Below, piece after piece: positions 50,827 through 62,090 of a stretch of 64,000 nt of DNA. The stretch spans positions 41,416,001 to 41,480,000 of the forward strand of contig NC_045138.2 in NCBI RefSeq assembly GCF_008831285.2, written 5' to 3'. The first letter of the stretch is position 1; each line of letters starts with the position of its first letter. The notes below the pieces were generated by a model. That model was given only the letters and a program-made list of their open reading frames with translations, searched no databases and was not told where the DNA came from. The translations under genes and the position numbers were made by a program. This DNA is from Nymphaea colorata (lineage: Eukaryota).

Positions 50827-53800
50827 ATGAATACTCGCTACCCAAGAGAAAAAAAACAACTTTATAATTCGATGCATCAATTCCAAAGGACGCTTCACAG
50901 TGGAGCTAGAGAATACAAAATATCCAATTAATTTCATGAACCATCCAAAAAGAACGAACCTTCATGGAGATCTTACCTGCTGGAAATCAGCTTTACAACA
51001 TAGACATACACAACTCTGACTGGTGGGCCAAAAGGGTTTTCTGGCCGCTCTAAAAGGGCCCTCTGCCTAAGGACAGAAAGGATAGGATAGGATGAAAAGC
51101 AACAAACAGAAGAAAAAAAAAAGGAAGGAAGCTCGTGGTCAGTAGAATGTAAAGCAGATACTTGCAGACCAAAACTAGCACCTATTTTTTCTTGTTCTGA
51201 GGATTCCATACACAAAATAATACGTAGAGTAGTTGATTATCTTTGAGATGGGTTCTTGGACTTGGAACAAAAAAAGCAAACAGTAAGCAAGAAATGACGT
51301 GAAGAAAGATACAAGGAGCTGATTGGATTTGAAGTCAAAAAGTTCAGTAAATGAATTAGCAGAAATTGGCCAGATCTTGGATGCTTTAACTTTTTTCTTT
51401 TGGTTTTTTACTCGTCGGACAAGAAGGAAGGTAATGGAGCAGTGAGGAGCCTATTCTAACGATGCTATGGAGGGGTTAGTAGAGGGAGAGACGGGTAAGT
51501 TGCCTCAGTAATGATCGACAAGCTGCTGCACCAGCTTAGGAGAAACATCGAAAAGGCAGAGATTCCTGATTGCGTCGATACCATTGAGACGATTCTCCCA
51601 TCCTCATGCCTCGGAAGACTCAAAACCCATCATTGGTTTCTCGTTGCTGCTCTCGCTCTTCCTCCCCACCTTCTCTCTCTAACCTAGTTGCAGGCGGTGG
51701 CCATTGCTACCTATTAAAAAGCCAGCCTACTATAGGCTGAAGACTTAGCTTGCTGCTGCCCCTACACCTCTCTCTCTCTCTAATCTGGTGGCAGCATGTT
51801 CCAACATGCACACATCAACTACACATTCTTATAAATCCATTTAAAAAATTAATAAATATGGCACATTCCGTGAGAAAGAAAAGCTTGTCACTGACTCTCT
51901 CGCTGTTACCAGTCTCGACCACCATAGAGCTTTTAAGGCTCACTCTCTCCCAACAGAGAATCAAGACATGTGGCTCAGATTTCCTGGCTGCTGAAGAAAT
52001 TTAGTTGGTTGGTGATGCACATTTCAAGGCAGAACTCATTCGACCAACTACGTTGCGGCAAGCAACTGCGTCCGAAGGTGAACAAGAAAGACGCCGCTCC
52101 ACATGTTTCAGCGTTCACATGCAGCACGCATTGGCATCTCCAAGAAAGAGAGACGAAGAGTGGGAGAGAGCGCGATGACTTTAGAATTCCCCTAACTTTT
52201 CCGAAGGAGAACTCGTCTCTTTCGAGACTTGCTCAGTTTTAATAGCATCAGTCGAGCACATATAGAAGGCTCACAAGGGAATGATCTCTCTACAACATCT
52301 GTGAAGATATCGAAGCAAGATCTCTCAGACTTGCTCCGATTTTGGGCAGATTGAAAGTCGAATTCCTTGAATAACCTTACAAGTAGGCATTTGGGGTCCT
52401 ACCCACGTTGAGATTTGCCGTGGTGGATGAATATATCTGTGGAGTTTCAGAAGTTAGTCTTATACTCTAAATGGTGTCTTTTGTATTACTTTTGATCTCA
52501 AAACCAAGTGATTTCAATTGTGAAACAAGGATCCCCACCGCTGCTCCTAACCAAACAAGAGTAAATTACATCCTAATGTCCCAAATTCAAAGCTGAAAAA
52601 CTCCTCCAACAAAACCGTCGAATTTTGCATGGATCATGCAGGTGAATCAAACACCCAGCCAGATTGAAACTCATAAAATCAAAAGCGCCTTGGCAAAGCA
52701 TAACTTGATGAAATCCCTTTTCTTTATGAAGACTTTTCTATCAGAAAGATGCCAGTCAAGCGTTTGGGACATATGCATTCCTTTTGTTCATCAAGGCCTA
52801 GATTCGCGTCCTATATGGCATCAACAAGAAAGTAAACAAAGAAAAAACATGAAATAGCACATATCAAATCAAAGACTGCAAATAATGCACCCCAGATGGG
52901 AAAAGGGTAGTCTTTTGGCTATAAGAAATTCGGCTCAACATTCATTGCTCCCTTCACTTGCAGTTCCACCATGCCCTTGTAGATAAGTTTTGGTTTCTTT
53001 ACATGCTGTATTCACTTTCGCGGGAACAGTTGCTTGAATCATGACAGCCCATGAAACTTGCACCATGGAAAACTATTGCATTCCTTTTGCGTCCTTTCTA
53101 TCATAAAATTTACTCTATGGTGGACATCTTTTTCCTCCCTTTTCTCATAGATAGGTTAGGCAGCACCACCACCACCCTACAGCCCATTTATAGACAGTAA
53201 TCTCCTATAGTTTGGTAGCCATCTGCACAAACATGAATTTAAAAGGCTATCAACCATGCCTCAACACCCAAGTCAAATAGATCTTAAAGACAAGTGAGCT
53301 TTATGCTACAAGAACATCCCTTTCAATCTCATGTCAGGAATTATTACCGCAGTAACCCTAAATTATCATTGTCACCACCTCCACCAGCACCACCATCCAC
53401 AATATCTCCACAACCAACCATCAACAAAAGCAAGTGGTCTTATCATGATTGCTACTTCCAAGGAATCCCAAGCACCAATCTGTAAATTACCAGGAATCAG
53501 AACTATGGTTTTAAAGCATCACTAGGAGCAGTTTTTTAGAATTTTATCATTTCTTGATAGATGACCTACAAAACTATATATGGTTGCTCTAATGCAAAGC
53601 AAAGATCCTAAAATTTGTTCTCCTTGCTTCCCGCAAACCTTGTGCGACGTTTGAAGCAAAGAAAGACTTTTCTTTCGTCCTCAAACAGAATTGCTTCTTG
53701 CATTAGTTTGGATGAAAAAGAGGGGAAAAAAAAAACAGTGTACGTTGATCGAGTTACGTTCGTCCCATGAATAAGATTGTCATACGCAAAGATCATGCAA

Positions 53801-56800
53801 CCGCCTCCAATATAAGCCATTCAACCAACCCAGATATCAATCGATCTTTATATAATAAAAAGTGGAGACAAACCAAGCGCTCGAATTGTAGTTTGGGTGC
53901 CAAAATAACAAGGGAAACTAGCCTATTCCGGAGTATATATAGGTGAACATAGTCAGAATAAACAGACAAGAGTAGCTACCCGGAGTGCAATAGAAAGCGA
54001 AGCTGTTTGCGACACAAAATGAGATTGACCAATAAGATCAACGTAGAAAGCTGTGAAAGAACAACTAAAATAATGCATTTGAGTTCTTAGAAGAAAATAT
54101 TAAACTGCAGCTCTTCGAAAATATTGGAAGAAGGGGAAACTAAATCCAGACTACAGTTCTTTGTTCCTCTCCCTTTCTTACCATTAAACTTGGTTTAATA
54201 GAGATAACTCAGCTGGTTGTTATTTGGCAAGAAGTCAGGATCTAATTTTCCATCATAAAAGAATTAAAGAAATTTTGTTGGCACAAAACTCACATGCAGG
54301 TAAATGAAAAATGGCATACATATGCGAAGAAATTGAATGAAAAATTTCAAATGAGGTCAAATATTTTTAAACAAATAAAAAAAAATGGCGAAACAATCCA
54401 TTTTTCATGTCTTACACAGAGGCTATTTACTGGTTTTAACTTCGTGGAAATAAACGGGATGAGCAGGCAGGCAATCAAAGATGCAACATAGACCTAAACG
54501 ATCACTACCAAATAAAGTAAAAAATGGAATGCTCAATAGCGCACCAAAACAAAAGCACAAAGAGACTGGAAGTCTCGAAATTTTTGCCCATACATAAAAT
54601 AAGCAAGACCAGGCTAGCACTGGAGGCAGCAAAAAGAATGGGCTTGGGAAGAACATATCTATACATGGATTTTCTAATAGTATACTATTCATCGAATCAA
54701 TAGCATGTGAAAGCAAGAAGATAAGACCAAGCAACAGCAGACAAACAAAGACAAACTATACGCAGAAAATCTATTTGGGACAACACAAAATTTATGAAAT
54801 TAACATTATATACTCCAATAATGCAACTCCATACAAAAAATAACAATGCAGTAAGCAGATTCAAAATGAAGTTTATTCATGCATGAAGAAAGCAATAAGT
54901 TCGTTTTTTCTCACTGAGGCCTACATCTTTCTATTGAAGCAAATCAACCTTTTTTCCTGCATGCTCTGCTATTTGGTGCTTGATTACCAAATTCAAATAA
55001 TAACTTGTCAAGAAACCTTACTAAATTCAAAAAAATGAAGACATAAAATTAGATTCATATTGTTTCAGCGAGGTCAATGCTCTTTTTCAGATGCACAGCA
55101 TTCATCCAAAACCAAGTAAGCAGGATGACTTTTTCTTAAAGTGCAGATGTCTCTTTGTTTTAAAAAGAAAGGGAATATTCAAATTCCAACCAATATATAT
55201 TAAAAAATAAACAGAAACTACACCATGTAAATAATGTATTTAAGCCTTTGCAGTATGATTGTAAACTCTGCAGTTGGTTTGGCGGGAACCAGCAAGCGAT
55301 TCGTCCACATAATCCAACTCAAGACAGGCAAGATCAAAATCTATTCAAAAGCCACTGAAGACTTAGTTTAAAAGATTGAATGATATGTTGTATCCTTGCA
55401 TCATATCCGCCAGAAACACATCTCCTCAGCCTTGCTTCATATCTAGAAGCTAATAAGAACTGTACTTACAGCGCCAAAATTTGGAAGTCTGGATGTTGGT
55501 TTAAAATATAAGAAAAAACATTAATGTTTTATCTCGTAACTCGTATTATGCAAAATAGAGGCTAAATTGTCTGAGGCAGTCGCTCCAAAAACTAAAGACA
55601 GAAAGATGATGCTGTAAATCAGGATTTCTCCTACCCAATCAATTTAAGACCTACAACGGATGAATAAACAAAACAAGGCAAATTAATATTCCTAATCTTT
55701 TCTAGGGATGAAAAACATCAAGAACCATATTGAAAACATACACCAACAATGTTTGAAACTTTATCACAATATTTACAATGAAGAAATTCATCATTGTGCC
55801 TTAATTATGTGAAACATAGCTAAAACATGTAAAGGGGGACCTTGCATCATAAAATCCACTGCAGCAAAAAGTGTCACTACAATGTGCTACATTATGCATC
55901 GAGAGCATCAATTACATCGACAAAGCACATTCCTCGATGCGAAGTAAATGATGAATAGTGAAAAAAAGACATTAGGGAGAAGATATGCCTCTAGAATCCC
56001 AGACAAAGTTTAAACTTAAATGTGCTAATAACTCAAGGAACATTTTTTATTCCTCAAGTCTGATATTAGCTAACTTAAAGCAAAGAATAAGAAGAAGATT
56101 CATCAACAATGATACCGCAGAAACACCAAACGGCAGACTTGGACTTCCCAGAAGTGTGAAAAATAAAAAATAAAAAACAATAGTAGTTAGTTCTGAAACT
56201 TTCTAAATGGCAGATGCTGACAGAAGCCCTCCAAAGGAAATGAATGCAATATCTGTGGCAACTTGAGCGACAAGTTGCATTATTAGGATATGCCTATAAT
56301 AAGGCGCCCAATACTCGCCTCTACCTGCTATCTGTGGTAATGTGTATATCAGAATCTGCCCAATTTCGGAAAAGGATGAAAGTTTCATAAATATTGACAA
56401 GCATTGCAACCCAATGCATCAAATTTTAATTCCAAACGACGAGCTTTTGAATGATATCCAAAATTAAGGGGAGATTTAATTTAAGCATTCTTGATGAACA
56501 TCTAAGCAGATAAACAACACAAGATAAAGAACTTGTCGATATAAAAGAAGAGATCTGCAGATGATGTTCAAGGGGGATTCGTCTGGATGAGGAATAATCA
56601 GTATTTATAAAAAAAAAAAAAAAAACTAAGGGATAGAATGATATTATTCTCATACCTTCAGAGCTTGATAAGTCAAAAAGGGCAGGAAGGTACGAACTTC
56701 ATCAATACAAGATAGAAGAAGGGAGAAAACGAGAGCACAATGAATGTGAGCCACCATGCCAATGGCGGTCCCTTTCAGATGAGCAACCATCAAGGCGGAA

Positions 56801-57655
56801 AAAGAGTTCTAAAGAGGAATGAAAAACAAAAGCAAAAAATGCCACAGAAACAGAAAAGATGACTAAAAAAAGAATGGCAACAATAATAACAATAATGAGA
56901 GCAAAGGCCCCGCCTGACTCATCAGTCGAACTATAGTCCACAAACAAAGCAAAAGCAAAGGGACGCTACCACTCATCAATCCCCCCATGCTTTCAGTCCA
57001 CCTCTCCTTCCCATGGAAGAGACGTTTACTATACCGGCAGGTTTGTGTCAAATCACCAGCTCTCTCTCTCTTTCTCTCTCTCTCGCTCAATTGTGCCATA
57101 CTATTCATTTTGCTCCATCAAACCAATGTCATTTCAAGGGAGGAGACAAATGCAAATCACAGGAAATTATTATTTCTTGAGCCCAACGAAAGATAAAAAG
57201 AAAGAAAGGTACAGTCATTTGCACTCCTCTAGAGATAAACTCTCTTAAACTTGTCATAAAATCGATGATTATTATATGTTCGAGAATTCCAAACAAGACT
57301 CAAGAGATCCCTCCATGAATGACAAACATCACACGACCCAAGCCCCCATACCCTCTCTCTCTCTCTCTCTCCTGACCAAGAGTAACCAACAGCCACCACT
57401 CTTCCAAAAATGAGAAAAAAGAGAACTCTTTTTGTATCGACCCCAGATTTCATGATTTGAGACGTTAGAGAGTTACACAGACACGAGGAAAAAACAATGG
57501 CGACAAGGATGCATACATGCTAGAACACTAGACAGACTATAAGTGACGATGATCATCTATCTATCCATCTATCTACCAGTCTATCTATATCAAACTATGC
57601 TAATGGTGTAACACCAATCTTGCCTATTCTAATCCTTCTTGTTCCTGTTCCAGCT

Positions 57656-58050
57656 TCAATTCATTGGGTTGCCGTAATTCGCACCTCCGAGCATCCCACT
57701 AGAAGAAGCTGCTGCTGCCGCAGCAGCGGCCGCAGCAACTGCGTAAGCGTCGCTAGCATCAAGAATTGAGGACAAAGATGATGCATTGGCATTCTTACCG
57801 CTACCACCACCACCACCACCAGCGGCAAGATCACCAAGATGAAGCTCTGAGAGATTGGGCAGCGACGAGGACGACGAATCGTCGAGGCCTTGATCATAGA
57901 GAAAGCCCTTGAACACGCGTCCGCCGATCTTGACGGCTGCCTGGTAAGCGTACTCGTCGTCTCCATCCTCGATTGAGGTCACCCGGACGCACTTGAACAC
58001 CGCCGGAGCGGTGACATGCCCCGGCAATCCGCTTCCTCCCATATCCATTT
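57656..58050 (-). CDS. LRP1: SHI/STY (SRS) family transcription factor, LRP1-like, exon 2 (IXGH domain)
   Basis: Pyrimidine tract plus CGCAG acceptor at 58051. Reads LPGHVTAPAVFKCVRVTSIEDGDDEYAYQAAVKIGGRVFKGFLYDQG...NLSELHLG...YGNPMN*. Confidence 0.92.
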
Positions 58051-58155
58051 CTGCGGGGGAAAAATAAAAAGAAAACGGCAATAAGTGGAAGATAACGACG
58101 AAGGACGAGAGGGAAGGGGAAGAGAGAGAGAGAATTGGGGAGGAAGTTCACTTGC

Positions 58156-58777
58156 CTTGGTGACTGGAGCCAGTGTCGAAGCTGCGAGAGGGGGTGGTGG
58201 CGGAGTTGGAGGTAAGCGACGCGGCGGCTTGAGAGGAGGAGAGCCGGGGCTTCTTCCCGGTGTTGGTGGTGGCGGTGGCGGAGGAGTGGACGAACTGCTG
58301 CCGCTCCCGGCGCCTCGCCGCCGGCACCCACGTGCTCTTCACGTGGGTGGGGCACTCGAACCCCCGGCTCTTGCAGCATGTACGGCACCGCCGGTGGCTG
58401 CAGTCCTTCTTGGCCTGGTTGCCGCAGTCCTGGCAGGTGGTGCCACCGCTGCTTCCGGTACCAAGCGCCGCTTCCATCGTCGGGATCCCCGCCACCGCGC
58501 GCTGGTGATGGTGGTGCCACAGCTGAAATTCCGACATCCTCCGCCTCTCCTCGTCGTCGTTGTTGCTATCATTGGCCATGACATGAGCAAGTTGGTGCTG
58601 AGGCAGCGAGTGCAACAAGCTTGGTGGTTGCTGCTGGGGAGGAGCAGGTGGTGGGGGCGGAGGAGGAGCAAGAGAAGGAGACGGCTGGGGTAGGGAGGGG
58701 GCGAGGACGGGGAAGAGGGAGGACGCCTGAGGGTCGGAGGATGAGTGGAAAAGGAAGACGTCCCGGAGACCGACCAT
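58156..58777 (-). CDS. LRP1: SHI/STY LRP1-like exon 1 from the first in-frame ATG (338 aa total); may extend upstream to about 59075
   Basis: MVGLRDVF start typical of the LRP1 clade. RING-like zinc finger [46 protein letters not shown], then ...SFDTGSSHQ with an AG|GCAAGT donor. Confidence 0.92.
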
Positions 58778-59247
58778 GCTTATCTCAGGGGGGAGAGGGA
58801 GGGAGAGCGGGAGGGGTATGCTATTGTAGTTGACGATTTGCTGATGGTGGTGGTGGTGGAGGGTCCTAGAGCTACCGCTGCTGGCGCCACCACCAACAAC
58901 GGCAGCAGCGGCGGGGGCGGTCGTGGTGGCGGTGGAGGGAGTAGGCCATCCTCCTCCGAGTCCTCCATTGAAACCGAGGCAGAGGTCTCCGGCGATTCTC
59001 GAGTCCGCGGGAGCGGGGAGCCAATCGGAGCCACCACCGTCGAGTGCCGATCTCCTTGAGGCAGCCACCGCTAGTGCCTTTAGGTGGGGGTTTTTTGTGC
59101 TTTAGAGAGAGAAAGAATAGAGTGAGAGGATCTGAGAAAAGATCGCGGCTCTCTTTTCTTTCTCCTGCTTCGAGTGACTGCAAATTCTCTCTGCACACAC
59201 TCTGCTACGAAGAAAAAGAAAATAGACAAAAAAAATTAGAATAATAG

Positions 59248-62090
59248 GTAGAGTCGTAGAGAGAGAGAGAGACAGCGCGCGCGGGGGAGGAGGGAGAGAT
59301 GGGAAAGGAATTGGAGGATAAACTGGTGAGGAAAATAAGTGAAAAATGATACAAGTTAGAAAGGGAGCGAGAAAAATAGAGTATTAGGAGGCTGCCTGCT
59401 CCTCTCTCTCTCTCTTAAGGGGACTCAAGGACGACCTGCCTACATCAACACCACCACCTTCTCCTCACTTCACACACGCACGCGTTAAGAGAGAAAGAGA
59501 AAGAAATAGAGAGAGAAACGATCCATATTTCGTTAATGATATCTATCGTTCGATCTACATGGTACAAATGCCACCACTACCACCATCATCAAAGGACCTT
59601 TTGGTGGTCTTTTGTTCCTCCTCCCTTTCTTTTGGTCTTATTTTTTTAATGTCAAAAACGAGAAAAGAGATACCAAGGAAATGACACATGGATGCTTGTT
59701 CTTCCGTTTAAAGGACCATGTGGTCCTGTGCCTGCACAAAACTCAGATACCAAACTCGTTTCTGGAAAAAAAAAAAAAAAGAAATTGAACTTCCAAGGAC
59801 CAAGATGCCTTTAGATCTTTGAGAAATACGACTCCCCAAAAACTAGTTTCTTCGAATGAAAAGAAAACATGGTGTTCTCGATCGTTTTAGAAGAAGAAAA
59901 ACTAATGGGGACACTTGAAGTTGGAAGAACATGACCAGGCACTTCACTGAACTCGATTTCTCGAGCCTTGGATAGTGAGATTCGGTGGACCTTGACAGCT
60001 GATTTGCATATGGGGATTGCTGATGCGTGTTGGCTTTGTGGGACAGAAATCGAAAGCATGGTCTTGGGGAGCACACGTCCACTGAGCTCTAAATGAAGTT
60101 GACATCTCACTCTTCTAACTAGTTAGATCTCAAATTAGCAAAGTTCGACATGACTTCTCTAATGAATATTTGATCTTCTTGTTTGGTTCGAGAGCCGATC
60201 CAAGACGGGTACCTCTCGAGGGGCATTCTTGCCATCTCACCATCAATGTTTTCTTCTGGTACGTAGCTGAAGCAGATAGCTGAAACTCGATGCAGTGAGG
60301 GACCCCTGAGTCTTTCACCTACAAGTGCAGGACCTTCATGTCCGCTTCATCGACAAGCCAATGGCAACGTCTAGTTACATTCCAACTTTGAACTTGAAGA
60401 GAGAGACAGATTCCTGGTTACTCGAACTACAGATCGAGTCACTTTTACAGTTACCAACTGGAGAGAAGAACCGAAATAAATAAGAGAGAGGGACGGAGAG
60501 ATCTTTCTAATTTCCTTCTTCCTTCGTCTCTTAGTTTTCTTAACTCAAGGATCTTTCTTGAGTCGTCATTCTCTCTGGGGTCCCGGAAGACATTATGGCG
60601 ATCATCGCTCATATTCTCTCTCAGTGAATATGATGGTTTTCTCCGATATCAAAAGAAGAAGGAACTTCTGATGAATCTTGCCCATAATGACTCTCTAAAA
60701 CAGGTGCAGTCTCTGATCTTATGTCACCAGTGGAGAGAGTGAGTTCTGGTGGGGACCTCCCCATCTGGTAGAGTAAAGCAACTTTTCTTGCGGTTGGTAA
60801 AAGCTCTCTCTCTCTCTTGTCATCACAGTGATAAATGCAAGTGGGAAGACAATAATTCAGAGCGCGGGTAGCCCTCAACAACAGATGACCATTTGAAATG
60901 CTCTCTGTTGATGATGGCAAGCACAAATATATGATGCAAATGATCTTGGGAGGAAAACCTGAAACCTGCATATGATTACAAGGAAAAACTTGGGAAACAT
61001 GGTTAAGAAAGGAGGAGAATTACAGAGTCTTCTGTAAGAAACAGAAGTTTTATGGCTCGTTCCTTGAAATCGTTTCTAGCTCATTTAACACAAATTGATG
61101 CAACAATTTAATAGTTCTTGTTAGCATGCGTGTCTGGGAAAAAGCTGTGTAGTACGATAGTATTCATCGCATAACTAAAAGATGGTGCACCTAAAGTCAT
61201 TTCAAGAAAAAAAAATCAAAATGTTTGACAGAAATTTGTGGGTATGAAAAGAATGGTACTGCAGATTATGATGGTTTTGAGATTTTGCGAGGATGAAAAG
61301 AACTGTACTGCATCATTTTTTTCTCTTTTTAGTGCACCATTTTCTTCTCTTTGGTGAGAGAAATTATGATGGTGGCCATGGCGGACGTATTTTACCATAA
61401 CCGGGAGAGAATACAGCGGTTCCTATGCTGCTGCACTTACATAAGTTTTCCACATTTGAGAAATGAACTCGGATGTACAAAGATAACAAAGTTTTCGGAG
61501 CCAAAATGTGAGTTTCTTCTTCTTCGTTTTTCTCGATTTCCTAATTTTCTTTTCTCCAACCGAGAAAGGTTAAAAGAAGGGGTTTGGACTCGCATGTGCT
61601 TGTCCTTTCTTAAGATCGGCTTCCATCCTTTTTTTCTTTTCGATCTTTTCGATTATGAGAGAAACTGAGAAAGAGAAAAAAACGAAAAGGAAAGAAAGGT
61701 TTGCCTTTTTCTCCTGCTTCGCTGCTCTATGAAATTAACAGTGGCAATGAAATTGCAGAAAAAGGCTATCAGAGAAGAGGGGAAGCTGCCCGTGGACCTC
61801 ACTACTACCAGTACACACCCTCCCCATGAGAAGAACGCTATTTTCCGAGCGTGCCAGTACTGTGTTACCCATGGGTCCTCTCTCTCTCACTCTCTCTCTC
61901 TCTCTCTCTCCAGACCTTCTGCTTGGATCTTGGATCCGAGGGTTCTTCTACTCCCCTCCCCTCAAACTTCTCCTGCTAAAACTAAACACAAATTCTATTC
62001 TATCTCGATCTCTCAGCAGAAACAAACAGGAAAAAGCAAATTGGTTCTCGAGAAAAATTATTGGCACGATGGAGCAAGAGGGTCCCACGC
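59248..62090. promoter_or_regulatory. Upstream regulatory region of the LRP1-like gene with GA repeats, TCP-type sites and ACTCTAC elements
   Basis: GGACCA/TGGTCC at 59713, 59721 and 59797; GTGGGGACC at 60749; GGTCCCAC at 62081; GTAGAGT at 59248 and 60768; several (GA)n/(CT)n tracts. Confidence 0.4.

Noticed and set aside
58085..59105. Plus-strand ORFs opposite the LRP1-like gene
   Set aside because: GC-rich antisense shadows with low-complexity translations.
59811..60971. Minus-strand ORFs of 99 and 116 aa upstream of the LRP1-like gene
   Set aside because: No recognisable motifs and no consistent exon chain into the gene.
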